Positions 53,737-63,282 of a DNA stretch of 64,000 nucleotides are shown one piece after another. The first letter of the stretch is position 1. Every line of letters starts with the position of its first letter. The translations under genes were made by a program, and so were the position numbers. The notes beneath the pieces are model-generated. The model was not told the origin of the DNA and ran no database searches. It worked only from the letters and a program-made list of their open reading frames with translations. Source of the DNA: an uncultured Candidatus Binatia bacterium (GTDB taxonomy: Bacteria > Desulfobacterota > Binatia > HRBIN30 > CADEER01); contig CBDCGC010000002.1 of the NCBI GenBank assembly GCA_965216585.1, positions 483,160 to 547,159 of the forward strand, written 5' to 3'.

Positions 53737-54207
53737 ATGCCGCATTCATCCCGCAAACGTCCCGCGGCATGGAACCCGCCGGAAAGCCTTACCGACTACA
53801 TCGTGTTCCTGACGGTATGCACGAAGCACCGCAAAGCCGCACTTGCGGACACCAAAGTTCACGCTGAGCTCGTGCGAATTTGGATGGACCAGCCATCTTG
53901 GCTGGTGGGCCGGTACGTCCTCATGCCCGATCACGTGCACTTGTTCTGCTCGCCCTCGATCTCGACAACGGTGCCGCTACCCGGTTGGGTTCGGTACTGG
54001 AAATCGCACCTGGCGCGTTCCGGTGTTTGCGGAACGCAGGTATGGCAGTCGGGATTCTGGGATACGCGGATACGCAGCGACGAGAGTTTCGAGGCGAAGT
54101 GGAGCTACGTTAGAGACAATCCGGTTCGCGCCGGGCTTTGCCGAAATGCAGACGAGTGGCCTTTTCAGGGGGAGATTTATCCTCTGAAGCGGCGAGAGGC
54201 GGATTGA
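53737..54207 (+). CDS. REP-associated tyrosine transposase (RAYT; IS200/IS605 TnpA-like HUH enzyme)
   Basis: 156 aa. HUH motif LMPDHVHLF and C-terminal catalytic Tyr context WSYVRDNPVRAGL. Flanked on both sides by REP arrays sharing a 24-nt core in inverted orientation. Confidence 0.7.
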   Translation: MPHSSRKRPAAWNPPESLTDYIVFLTVCTKHRKAALADTKVHAELVRIWMDQPSWLVGRYVLMPDHVHLFCSPSISTTVPLPGWVRYWKSHLARSGVCGTQVWQSGFWDTRIRSDESFEAKWSYVRDNPVRAGLCRNADEWPFQGEIYPLKRREAD

Positions 54208-54237
54208 ATTCGAAACCGTGCCGCGCGGCGTGGTCGG

Positions 54238-54780
54238 TTGGGGTGTGTTCGGGTCGCCGGGTGGCTCGTCAGGCGACTCGCCCTCCCAAGACAAGAATGA
54301 CGGGGGTGTGTTCGGGTCGCCGGGTGGCTCGTCAGGCGACTCGCCCTCCCAAGACAAGAATGACGGGGGTGTGTTCGGGTCGCCGGGTGGCTCGTCTGGC
54401 GACTCGCCCTCCCAAGACAAGAATGACGGGGGTGTGTTCGGGTCGCCGGGTGGCTCGTCAGGCGACTCGCCCTCCCAAGACAAGAATGACGGGGGTTGTT
54501 CGGGTCGCCGGGTGGCTCGTCAGGCGACTCGCCCTCCCAAGACAAGAATGACGGGGGTTGTTTGGGTCGCCGGGTGGCTCGTCAGGCGACTCGCCCTCCC
54601 AAGACAAGAATGACGGGGGTTGTTTGGGTCGCCGGGTGGCTCGTCAGGCGACTCGTCCTCCCAAGACAAGAATGACGGGGGTTGTTCGGGTCGCCGGGTG
54701 GCTCGTCAGGCGACTCGCCCTCCCAAGACAAGAATGACGGGGGTTGTTCGGGTCGCCGGGTGGCTCGTCAGGCGACTCGC
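54238..54780. repeat. REP array, ~9 x 62 bp, downstream of the RAYT gene
   Basis: gggggtgtgttcgggtcgccgggtggctcgtcaggcgactcgccctcccaagacaagaatgac repeated head-to-tail. Contains ggctcgtcaggcgactcgccctcc, the reverse complement of the upstream array core. No unique spacers. Confidence 0.85.
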
Positions 54781-54844
54781 TGTCCGGTGGCTCCGGGCGC
54801 TTGGCTGCACCTGTGGCCCAATCGTGATACGAAAGGCGTCTGGG

Positions 54845-55600
54845 ATGTGTACTTTGGCCGTATACACAGGGGTATGCGACTCCACGCCGTTACTACTCGC
54901 CGCCAACCGCGACGAGTTCCTGAAGCGGCCAACGGCGCCGCCCGGCGTCTTGTCGGTCGATCCCTGGGTGGTCGGCGGTCGCGACCTCGAGGCGGGCGGT
55001 ACCTGGCTGGGGGTCAACCAGCACGGCTTGGTCGTTGCCTTGCTCAACCGCCGCTCGGCGAGTGGACCGGATCCAAGCAGGGAATCGCGCGGTTTGCTGT
55101 GTCTGCGCGCATTGCAGCAAAACGATCTCGCAGGCGTCGAGGCCCTGCTCGAATCCGAGCAGGGCGATCGCTTCAACAGCTTTACGCTGGTCGCGGCGAC
55201 GCGCCGGCGCGCCCTGGTGGCGGTGCAGGCCGGCGCGTCCATCGCGGTCCGGCCATTGCCTGCCGGCGTCCACATGGTCACCAACTTTGAGGTGAACGAC
55301 GCCGAGTGCCCGCGGATCGCCGGCGCCAGGCAACGCTTTGCCGATGTCGATGTCGGTGGCGAAGAAGGGCAGCGCCTGCACCACCTGCGCGAGATCCTGT
55401 CGACGCACGTGGATGGAGCAGCCGCCGGCATGGAGGACGACAGCTCGCTGTGTATCCACCGCGGACCCTACGGCACCCGCTCTTCTTCGCTGATCGCCCT
55501 GGCGGCCGAATCGACGAGCTATTGGCACGCCGACGGGCCACCCTGCCGCACCGGCTTCTGCCAGGTGGAGCTACCCGACAACGCGACGACGATCGTCTAA
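54845..55600 (+). CDS. NRDE-family (TANGO2-like) protein
   Basis: Start MCTLAVYTG. Hallmark motif LLLAANRDEF. The 75-aa N-terminal extension of the ORF lies in the REP array and is rejected. Confidence 0.65.
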   Translation: MCTLAVYTGVCDSTPLLLAANRDEFLKRPTAPPGVLSVDPWVVGGRDLEAGGTWLGVNQHGLVVALLNRRSASGPDPSRESRGLLCLRALQQNDLAGVEALLESEQGDRFNSFTLVAATRRRALVAVQAGASIAVRPLPAGVHMVTNFEVNDAECPRIAGARQRFADVDVGGEEGQRLHHLREILSTHVDGAAAGMEDDSSLCIHRGPYGTRSSSLIALAAESTSYWHADGPPCRTGFCQVELPDNATTIV

Positions 55601-55685
55601 ATGGATCGGTTTGGGAGCCGGCCAAATAGTCGATATACCTGCTCGCTGCTCTCTCGGAACCTTTCAACGCAAGAAGTGAGGCATC

Positions 55686-56663
55686 ATGTTTGCGAGCCCT
55701 GACGACGTCATCGCCAAGCTGGCCGAGCGCCAGTACATCTGCAACAAGAGAATCGCGACGGCGGTCTACCTGGCGGTCGAATTGGAGAAACCGGTTCTCG
55801 TCGAAGGACCGGCCGGAGTAGGCAAGACCGAGCTCGCCAAGGTGGTCGCCGATGCTCTCGATCTCGATCTGATTCGCCTGCAGTGCTACGAGGGCCTCGA
55901 CGAGGCCAAGGCGCTGTACGAGTGGGAGTACGCCAAGCAACTGCTCTATACGCAGATTCTGAAAGACAAGATCGGCGCGATTCTCGAAGGGACGTCGACG
56001 CTGAACGACGCGGTCGAGCGCATCGCCAAGCAGGACGACGTCTTCTTCTCCGATCAGTTCATTCTGCCGCGGCCGCTCCTGCAGTCCATCTCGGCAGCGC
56101 AGCGCACGGTGCTGCTGATCGACGAAATCGACAAATCCGATTCCGAGTTCGAGGCGTTTCTGCTCGAGATTCTGTCCGACTTCGCCGTCAGCGTGCCCGA
56201 GATCGGGACTCTGCGCGCTCAACACATCCCGCTGGTTTTCCTCACCAGCAACAACGCGCGCGAAATGTCCGATGCGCTCAAGCGGCGCTGCCTGCACCTC
56301 TACATCGATTTCCCGAGCGCCGAACAAGAGCTCGACATCGTTCGCCTCAAAGTTCCGGCGATCGCCGACGAGCTGGCCGAGCAAGTCGTCGACGCGGTGC
56401 AGAAGATCCGCGACATCGACTTGAAGAAGGTGCCGAGCATCTCCGAGACGCTGGACTGGGCGCGCACGCTCACCGTGCTCAACGCGGCGACGCTCGACCG
56501 CGAGATCGTCGAGGACACGCTCAACGTCATCCTCAAATACGAGGGGGACATTCGCAAGGCGCAAGATGAGTTGAAGAATCTGATCGCCAGCGGTGAAGCG
56601 GAGACGGCGGCGCCGGCCTCGGAAGAGGGCGGCACGGAGGCGAAGAAGGACCTCCTGCACTGA
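55686..56663 (+). CDS. MoxR-like AAA+ ATPase
   Basis: 325 aa. Walker A GPAGVGKT, Walker B LLIDEIDK, MoxR architecture. Confidence 0.85.
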   Translation: MFASPDDVIAKLAERQYICNKRIATAVYLAVELEKPVLVEGPAGVGKTELAKVVADALDLDLIRLQCYEGLDEAKALYEWEYAKQLLYTQILKDKIGAILEGTSTLNDAVERIAKQDDVFFSDQFILPRPLLQSISAAQRTVLLIDEIDKSDSEFEAFLLEILSDFAVSVPEIGTLRAQHIPLVFLTSNNAREMSDALKRRCLHLYIDFPSAEQELDIVRLKVPAIADELAEQVVDAVQKIRDIDLKKVPSISETLDWARTLTVLNAATLDREIVEDTLNVILKYEGDIRKAQDELKNLIASGEAETAAPASEEGGTEAKKDLLH

Positions 56664-56693
56664 CGGCGCTGCGCCCGTCACTCGGCTGAGAAC

Positions 56694-58103
56694 ATGGACG
56701 AGCGAATCGTCGAGTTCACCTCGCTGCTGCGCGACAACGGCCTGCGCGTTTCGATGGCCGAGCACCTCGATGCCTTCGCCGCCGTGCGCCACCTCGGTTT
56801 GGCCGACCGCCATCTCTTTCGCGACACCTTGCGGACGACGATGGTCAAACGCTCGGTGGATGGACCGCTCTTCGACGAGCTCTTCGACCTCTACTTTTCC
56901 GAGCTCGGCGGCGCCATCCAACAGGCGACAGGCAATCTCGCCGAGCAGCTCGAAATCGGTGAGGCGGATCTGCAGAGCTTGCTCGATCAGCTCCGGGATC
57001 TGCTCGGCGACTCCGACCTCGACTTGTCGGAGCTCGCCAAGGCGCTGCTCGAAAACGACGGCGGCCGCCTCGAGGAGTTGTTGAGGGAAGGGCTCGAGCA
57101 GGCCGATGCGGCATCGATCGAGCGCGTCTACCAGGAGGGACGCTACGCCCAGAAGCTCAGCGAGGCCATGGGTGCCGACGCCTTGGCCGACGAGCTCGCC
57201 CAGCTCGGGCAGATGCTCGACGACATGGATCTGCCGGCCGAGCTACGCGAGCTGCTCGACAAGCTGTTCGAGCAGCGCATGAAGGATTTGCGCGACATGA
57301 TTCGCCGCGCCGTGCGGCTGGAGCTGGAGAAGCGCGACCACACCCAGCGCGAACGCGATCGCATGGCCAACTTGGCTGAGAAGAGCTTCTACTATCTTTC
57401 CGAAGACGAGATGCGGCGTATGAAGGAAGCCGTGGCGCGCCTGGCGCAGCGTTTGAAGAACGTCGTCGCGATCCGCCGCAAACGAGCCAAGCGCGGCAAG
57501 TTCGACGTCAAAGCGACGTTGCGCAAGAACCTGCAATACGGCGGCATACCGTTTCACATCCACTTCGATCGCCGCGTTCGCGAACGACCACAGGTGGTCG
57601 TGCTCTGCGACGTTTCCGATTCGGTGCGCAACGTCTCGCGCTTCATGTTGCAGTTCGTCTACTCCCTGCAGGACCTCTACTCGCGTGTACGCTCGTTCAT
57701 TTTCGTTTCCGACATCGGCGAGATCACACAGCTCTTCGAAGAGAACGAAACCCAGGACGCGATTGCCCAGGCGTTGACGGGCAACGTCATCAACGTCTAC
57801 GCCCACTCCGACTTTGGCCACGCCTTTCGCGACTTTCACCGCGACCATTTGACCGCGGTCAACAACCGGACGACGGTGATCGTCCTCGGCGACGCGCGCA
57901 ACAACTACAACCTGCCGCACGAGTGGGTGCTGCGCGACGTCCAGCAGCGCGCCAAGCAGGTGATCTGGCTCAACCCCGAAAGCAAGCTCACCTGGGGATT
58001 CGGCGATAGCGAGATGGATCGCTACAGCCCGTTTTGCGACATCGTCGAAGAGTGTCGCAATCTCAACCAGCTCTACCGGGTCGTCGATCGCATGGTGAAA
58101 TGA
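56694..58103 (+). CDS. VWA domain-containing CoxE-like protein (MoxR partner)
   Basis: 469 aa. C-terminal VWA-like region (VVVLCDVSDS MIDAS-like DxSxS), immediately downstream of the MoxR ATPase. Confidence 0.7.
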   Translation: MDERIVEFTSLLRDNGLRVSMAEHLDAFAAVRHLGLADRHLFRDTLRTTMVKRSVDGPLFDELFDLYFSELGGAIQQATGNLAEQLEIGEADLQSLLDQLRDLLGDSDLDLSELAKALLENDGGRLEELLREGLEQADAASIERVYQEGRYAQKLSEAMGADALADELAQLGQMLDDMDLPAELRELLDKLFEQRMKDLRDMIRRAVRLELEKRDHTQRERDRMANLAEKSFYYLSEDEMRRMKEAVARLAQRLKNVVAIRRKRAKRGKFDVKATLRKNLQYGGIPFHIHFDRRVRERPQVVVLCDVSDSVRNVSRFMLQFVYSLQDLYSRVRSFIFVSDIGEITQLFEENETQDAIAQALTGNVINVYAHSDFGHAFRDFHRDHLTAVNNRTTVIVLGDARNNYNLPHEWVLRDVQQRAKQVIWLNPESKLTWGFGDSEMDRYSPFCDIVEECRNLNQLYRVVDRMVK

Positions 58104-58181
58104 GCCGCCGGCGGCAGGGGCGGGGATTCTTTGTTGACCGGGGGAAACCTTTCTGGGCACAATTGCACGGGGAACCCGAAC

Positions 58182-58706
58182 ATGCCGCCCGCAGATTCGA
58201 TTGAAATGAACGTCGGTGGATTGACTCTCGATCCGTCGACACGGAGCCCGATCGTCGTCTTGAAGGATTCCGGCAACACCGTGAATCTGCCGATTTGGAT
58301 CGGCCTGCTCGAGGCGACTGCGATCGCCACCGAGATCGAGGGCGTCGAGATGGCGCGGCCGATGACGCACGATCTGCTGTCCAAGATGATCGATGAGCTC
58401 GGCGGTGAGGTGGTGCACGTCGAAATCAGCGATTTGCGAGAAAACACGTACTACGCTCGTATTCAGATTCGCACCAACGGCGAATCGCGGACGATCGATT
58501 CGCGGCCCAGCGATGCGATCTCCCTGGCGCTGCGCGTGAAGAGCCCGATCTACGTCGCCCGCAAGGTTCTCGAAGCGTCGGAGAGCGCCGTCCAGGTCGT
58601 CGACGAGGAGGGCGCGGGCGAACCCGATCTCTCCACGGTGTCGCGCGAGAAGTGGTCGGAGATTCTCGAAAAGATGTCGCCGGACGACTTCAAGTACAAG
58701 ATGTAG
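58182..58706 (+). CDS. Bifunctional nuclease family protein (DUF151/BFN)
   Basis: Start MPPADSIEM. VVLKDSGNTVNLPIWIG...ARPMTHDLL...RPSDAISLALR is characteristic of BFN. Confidence 0.6.
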   Translation: MPPADSIEMNVGGLTLDPSTRSPIVVLKDSGNTVNLPIWIGLLEATAIATEIEGVEMARPMTHDLLSKMIDELGGEVVHVEISDLRENTYYARIQIRTNGESRTIDSRPSDAISLALRVKSPIYVARKVLEASESAVQVVDEEGAGEPDLSTVSREKWSEILEKMSPDDFKYKM

Positions 58707-58727
58707 GTAGGCCCGACCGCCCGCGCG

Positions 58728-59426
58728 GTGGCCAAGGTGCTCGGCACATCGCCGGGCAGAGGGGGAAGGAGCTCCATGGCGAAGGATCGCATGGACCGCA
58801 AGGAACTGCGCCAACCGGATGAGTTCGTCACGGCGACCACCGGAGCGCTCGAGTGGGCTCGGAAACACGCCAACACGGTGCTCGCCGTGGCCGGCGGGCT
58901 GTTGGCCATCTTGCTGGGAATCGGTTTCTACAATTCGCAACAGGCGGCGCGCCTGCACGACTCCAACAGCGATCTGAGTAGTGGCTTGGCGTCGTTTCGC
59001 AGCGAAGACTTTGCCGTCGCTTCGACTCAGCTCGACCAGGTGGCGACGCAGTGGAAGAGCGAAGCGGTCGGACCGCTGGCCGGCGTCATGGCCGCCAACA
59101 GTCGGCTGCGCGCCGGCGATGCGGACGGCGCCATCGTGGCGCTGGGCGCGCTCGACGACGCCGGCTTGCCGCACTACATCCGCCAGCAGCGCGCGCTGGT
59201 CTGGGCGAGCGCGCTCGAAGCCAAGGGCGATTGGGCCGCGGCGGCGGCGAAGTACGCCGAGGCGGCGGCGGTCGAAGGCCCGTACAGCGGCGAAGCCCTG
59301 GTCGGTGAAGCGCGCAGCCGGGCGCGCAACGGCGACACCGATGCGGCGGCGAAGCTCTATCGCCGTATCGTCGAGGAATACCCGGATCGCCCGGACAGCA
59401 AGCTGTTGAGCGCCAAGCTCGGCTGA
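58728..59426 (+). CDS. Membrane-anchored TPR-like protein (YfgM-like, hypothetical)
   Basis: Single TM (VLAVAGGLLAILLGIGFY) then an Ala-rich helical repeat region. Start may be at 58776. Confidence 0.4.
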   Translation: MAKVLGTSPGRGGRSSMAKDRMDRKELRQPDEFVTATTGALEWARKHANTVLAVAGGLLAILLGIGFYNSQQAARLHDSNSDLSSGLASFRSEDFAVASTQLDQVATQWKSEAVGPLAGVMAANSRLRAGDADGAIVALGALDDAGLPHYIRQQRALVWASALEAKGDWAAAAAKYAEAAAVEGPYSGEALVGEARSRARNGDTDAAAKLYRRIVEEYPDRPDSKLLSAKLG

Positions 59427-59442
59427 TGCGGGAATTTCCTCG

Positions 59443-60597
59443 ATGTCCGATAAGATTGATTATGTAAAGTTAGAAATGGACTCCGCTGTGGTTGGCTCCC
59501 TTCCCCTGGTGTCGCGGAATCTAAAGACTTTTTGGCGGATTTCCGCCCTCTGCCTGGTCATTGCCGGCGCTCCCGCGAATCTGCCTGCCGAACAGGCCTG
59601 TACGGGTGATGCCGATCGCGACGGCGCCGTGCGTATCGCCGAGTTGATCCAGGCGGTCGGCAACGCGCTCGAGGGCTGCGAAGAGATTCCGGGTACCTGC
59701 AACGGCGACGCGAACTGCGACGGCGTCGTCGCCATCAACGAGCTCATTCTGGCGGTCGGCTACGCGCTCGACGGCTGTCCGCTGGCGCGCGCCGTCAGCG
59801 TCGCCTGGCTCGAGCAGGCGCTCGACCGCACCGACGTGCAGATCATCGACGCCCGTGTCGGCGGCTTCGCGGGTGGCCACATCCCCGGCGCCCTGCCCCT
59901 GTCACCGTATATGTTGGCGGCGCCTTCCGGCGGTGTCGATTTTCAGATCCTCGAAGCCGAGAGCGCCGCCATGGTGCTGAGCGAGGTCGGCCTGCGCAGC
60001 GATGCCATCGCCGTCGTCTACGGCGCCGCACCCGAGTTCGACCCGGCGCGCGTCGTCTGGGCGCTCGAATACCTCGGCCACGCCGACGTGCGCTACCTCG
60101 ACGGTGGTTTCGCGGCCTGGCAGGCGGCGGGCGCGGATGTCGCCGCTGGCGAGCCGGTGCCCGCGCCCGCTTCGTCCTATCCGGTGGCGATACGCGAGCA
60201 GCTTCGCGTCACCAGCGACTGGGTACTCGAGCAGCTCGGCGATGCACCGTACGAGAACCCGGCCATTCAGGTCGTCGACGCCCGCTCGCCGGCCGAGTAC
60301 GCGATGGGAATCATCCCCACCGCCGTGCACCGGCAGTGGACGATCAATCTCGACGGCGGACTCCTGCTGCCGCGCGCCGACCTCGACGCGCTCTACGCCG
60401 ATCTCGACAAGGCGCGCACGACGGTCGTCTACTGCCTCGCCGGCTGGCGCGCGTCGTTCGCCTGGCTGACGCTCGCCGGTCTCGGTTTCGAAGACGTCAG
60501 AGTCTACGACGGCTCGTGGCTGGAATGGGGCAACGGCGAGTTCCCGGTTCACGTTCCACCGACGGTCGGCAACGTTGCCGTATCGGCGGACTTCTGA
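59443..60597 (+). CDS. Tandem-rhodanese thiosulfate sulfurtransferase with N-terminal dockerin-like repeat pair
   Basis: N-terminal CTGDADRDGAVRIAELIQAVGNALEGC...CNGDANCDGVVAINELILAVGYALDGC. Two rhodanese domains, the second with active-site VVYCLAGWRAS. Confidence 0.7.
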   Translation: MSDKIDYVKLEMDSAVVGSLPLVSRNLKTFWRISALCLVIAGAPANLPAEQACTGDADRDGAVRIAELIQAVGNALEGCEEIPGTCNGDANCDGVVAINELILAVGYALDGCPLARAVSVAWLEQALDRTDVQIIDARVGGFAGGHIPGALPLSPYMLAAPSGGVDFQILEAESAAMVLSEVGLRSDAIAVVYGAAPEFDPARVVWALEYLGHADVRYLDGGFAAWQAAGADVAAGEPVPAPASSYPVAIREQLRVTSDWVLEQLGDAPYENPAIQVVDARSPAEYAMGIIPTAVHRQWTINLDGGLLLPRADLDALYADLDKARTTVVYCLAGWRASFAWLTLAGLGFEDVRVYDGSWLEWGNGEFPVHVPPTVGNVAVSADF

Positions 60598-60674
60598 GTC
60601 ACCAGCGAGGTCCTCGAATGGAGGGGCCGCGGACTCGTATCGTTTTTCAACACAAAGCAGACACAAAGGCCCGC

Positions 60675-61094
60675 CTACCCGACCGACATGAGGTTTCGAA
60701 ACGGCTTTCGACGTTTCCACCGATAGGTGCGAAAATCGCGATTGTCGGTGGATAGAATTCGCCCCGATCCCAACTCCTCGGCGAGGATGACCAGGGAGGC
60801 GTCGGCCAGATCCATGGGGAGGTCGCGATACTTTTTGGTCAACACTTCGATCCGCGCCAAGTGACGCTCGTCCAGAGAAAAAATCGTGAACGCACCGTCG
60901 CGCGCTGCACGCAAAAAACGAATCTCGGACTCGACACCCAGACGGACAGCGAGCAGATGGCATGTTTCGGTCATCACCGGCCACGTCGTGACCAGTGGCT
61001 CCTGCACTCGGGCGAGAACCTCGGTAGCCTCGCCGTGGTGGCGGTCACGCCGATTGGCCAGTGCGAGCCAGAACCCAGTGTCAGCAATGATCAA
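60675..61094 (-). CDS. vapC: PIN-domain toxin VapC
   Basis: 139 aa. MIIADTGFWLAL (first acidic D) plus conserved PIN acidic residues. Directly downstream of a small RHH gene with a 4-bp overlap. Confidence 0.8.
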   Translation of the reverse strand: MIIADTGFWLALANRRDRHHGEATEVLARVQEPLVTTWPVMTETCHLLAVRLGVESEIRFLRAARDGAFTIFSLDERHLARIEVLTKKYRDLPMDLADASLVILAEELGSGRILSTDNRDFRTYRWKRRKPFRNLMSVG

Positions 61095-61357
61095 GGTTGC
61101 TCAGTCTTGCGCTCGAGTTGATCCGCGAAGATCTGCTTGTAGCCGCTCGACAGGCCTTCCTCGGCCGCTGCGCAGCCGACAAAGCCAGACTGATCTAGCG
61201 CTGCTCGGCCCGATTTGGAGCTGCCCTCGCGGGTATGCCGGTAGTACATTTCAATGGACTCTCGAACGATTTCAGTGGCGTTCTTTTTCGTGCGGCGTTT
61301 CAAGAATTCCAACTTGGCCTCGAGATCCGGTCCGAGTCGTGCGTTGAGTCGTGTCAT
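61091..61357 (-). CDS. vapB: Ribbon-helix-helix antitoxin (VapB/CopG-like)
   Basis: 88 aa. MTRLNARLGPDLEAKLEFLKRRT is typical of an RHH N-terminus. Confidence 0.6.
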   Translation of the reverse strand: MTRLNARLGPDLEAKLEFLKRRTKKNATEIVRESIEMYYRHTREGSSKSGRAALDQSGFVGCAAAEEGLSSGYKQIFADQLERKTEQP

Positions 61358-61449
61358 ACACTACGTATGACAAAGGTCGAGAGTTGCGTCAAGCTCCCGT
61401 TGGTAGGGTTGGGGCGTCCTTTGGGCATTCCGCGAAACCTCTTATCCGT

Positions 61450-61689
61450 TCACGACGCCGCCCGAAAAGGCAGGACGTCGACCTCCAGGTGTTCGGCGGC
61501 CTTCTTCCGCGACGCCCCGAGCTTCTCCATCGCCTTGTAAACGGCCGCGTCGAAGTACCGCTCGCCACACTGCCGGCACACGCCGGCCGGCACGCCGCGG
61601 ATGACCTTGAGTTTCCGGCCCCAACGGAAATCGACGTCCACCTTGGACGGCTCCACCTTGCCTTGGCAGAAGTAGCACTTGGTCAGCAT
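61450..61689 (-). CDS. YgiT-type (MqsA-like) zinc-finger antitoxin
   Basis: MLTKCYFCQGKVE...CRQCGERYF is a CxxC...CxxC YgiT finger. Internal start within the longer ORF. Downstream of the DUF4258 gene. Confidence 0.55.
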   Translation of the reverse strand: MLTKCYFCQGKVEPSKVDVDFRWGRKLKVIRGVPAGVCRQCGERYFDAAVYKAMEKLGASRKKAAEHLEVDVLPFRAAS

Positions 61690-61694
61690 CGCGA

Positions 61695-61976
61695 TCACCT
61701 CTTTCGCGTCGTCCACTCCGCCTCCCATTCCTCGGGATCGGGTTGGTAGGCGGTGATGATCAAAATCTGCTCCTGATTCAGCAACCCGCACACGACGTGG
61801 ATCGGTCGCTCGCCCGAACGTCCAAGGATGAGACAGCTCGGGCCACGCGGGTCCTTTGGGTAGTCTTCGATGATGGCACCATTGCGAATCGCTTCCTCGA
61901 TATCCTGCGCACCGATTCGCCTGCGCCGCAACTTCTCCGTGTGCGTGAACGAAACGACGTAGGATCCGCGCTCCAC
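61695..61976 (-). CDS. DUF4258-domain putative toxin (pairs with YgiT-finger antitoxin)
   Basis: 93 aa. MERGSYVVSFTHTEKLRRRRI...ILIITAY. Domain assignment from memory. Confidence 0.45.
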   Translation of the reverse strand: MERGSYVVSFTHTEKLRRRRIGAQDIEEAIRNGAIIEDYPKDPRGPSCLILGRSGERPIHVVCGLLNQEQILIITAYQPDPEEWEAEWTTRKR

Positions 61977-62124
61977 CCGCTTTCTGATGACCTCGAGCCG
62001 CGCGCCGCTTCATCCGGCCTGTGCGGCATTTCCCGCCGTCCTTTCTGAAGGCAGCCAGACGCCGACGACGATACGCGTCGCGCAACGCGGCTCCGATCGG
62101 CCGACCTGGGGGCTCAGCAACGCC

Positions 62125-63282
62125 TCAGCCCTTTTCCATCGGGTCGAAGAGCTTGCGGTGGTCTTCGAGGACGAAGCGATCGGTCATGCCGGCGATGTAG
62201 TCGCAGACGACGCGCGCCAGCGGCTCGCCGCGCTCGCCGTGGCGCGACAGGATGTGTGGAGGCAACTGCTGCGGCTCGTCCATGTAGGCGTGGAAGAGAT
62301 CGCTCATCACGCGCCGGGCTTTCTCGGCCATGCGCACGACCCGGTAGTCGCGGTACATGTGGCTCATGAGGAAGTCCTTGAGCTCCTGCCGCTCCTCCTC
62401 CACCGCCGGGCTGAAACCGACCAGCGGTCGGCCGAGCTGGCGCACCGCTTGCGCCGAATCGACGCCCTCCCCTTGCGCACACTCGTGGATCGTCGTCACC
62501 AGATCGGTGACCATGCGGTCGATAATGTGACGCATCGCCTGGTAGCGCCAGATCCGCGGCGATGCCTGCGGGTGCTGCTCGCGCACCGCCGAATGAGCGG
62601 TGTGCCAAAGGCGAACTTCGTCCAGCTCGGCGAAGGTCAACAATCCCGACTTCAGGCCGTCGTCGATGTCGTGCGTGTTGTACGCGATCTCGTCTGTGAA
62701 ATCGACGAGCTGTGATTCGAGGCAGGGAGCGAGGCCGGGATCGAGCTCGCGCGCCAATGGCTTGTCGTAGGGTGGCGTGTGCTTGACGATGCCTTCGCGC
62801 ACTTCCCAGGTCAGATTCAAGCCGCGAAAATCGGCGTAGCGTTCTTCCAGCTCGTCGACCAGACGCAGACTGTGGGCGTTGTGCTCGAAGCCACCGTAGT
62901 CCTGCATGAGATCGTCGAGCACGCGCTCACCGGCGTGACCGAAGGGAGTGTGACCGAGGTCGTGCGCCAGCGCCACCGCCTCGGCGAGGTCGGCGTTGAG
63001 TTGCAGGCAGCGCGCCACGGTGCGGGTGATCTGCGCCGTCTCGATGGTGTGGGTCAGGCGCGTGCGGTAGTAGTCGCCCTCGTGGTTGACGAACACCTGC
63101 GTCTTGTACTCGAGCCGACGGAAGGCGGTGCTGTGGATGATGCGGTCGCGGTCGCGCTCGAAGGGGAGGCGAAAATCGTGCTCGTCTTCGCGGTGCACCC
63201 GCCCGCGCGTCGCGCGACTGCGCTGGGCGTACGGCGCCATGGACGCCTCTTCGAGGTCGGCAAGTGTGGACCATCGCTGCAT
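62125..63282 (-). CDS. dgt: dGTP triphosphohydrolase-like HD-domain protein
   Basis: 385 aa. HD motif HDLGHTPFGHAGE and dGTPase-family N-terminal region. Confidence 0.85.
   Translation of the reverse strand: MQRWSTLADLEEASMAPYAQRSRATRGRVHREDEHDFRLPFERDRDRIIHSTAFRRLEYKTQVFVNHEGDYYRTRLTHTIETAQITRTVARCLQLNADLAEAVALAHDLGHTPFGHAGERVLDDLMQDYGGFEHNAHSLRLVDELEERYADFRGLNLTWEVREGIVKHTPPYDKPLARELDPGLAPCLESQLVDFTDEIAYNTHDIDDGLKSGLLTFAELDEVRLWHTAHSAVREQHPQASPRIWRYQAMRHIIDRMVTDLVTTIHECAQGEGVDSAQAVRQLGRPLVGFSPAVEEERQELKDFLMSHMYRDYRVVRMAEKARRVMSDLFHAYMDEPQQLPPHILSRHGERGEPLARVVCDYIAGMTDRFVLEDHRKLFDPMEKG

Noticed and set aside
53977-54613. Several ORFs (168 aa, 137 aa, 131 aa, 122 aa) with repetitive GESPDEPPGDPNTPPSFLSWE / GVFGSPGGSSGDSPSQDKNDG translations
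   Set aside because: They are translations of the REP tandem array in various frames. Periodic peptides arise from DNA repeats, not from selection on protein.
54238-54780. Possible CRISPR array (regular 62-bp repeats)
   Set aside because: Units abut head-to-tail with no unique spacers and no cas genes. A REP array next to a RAYT gene explains them better.
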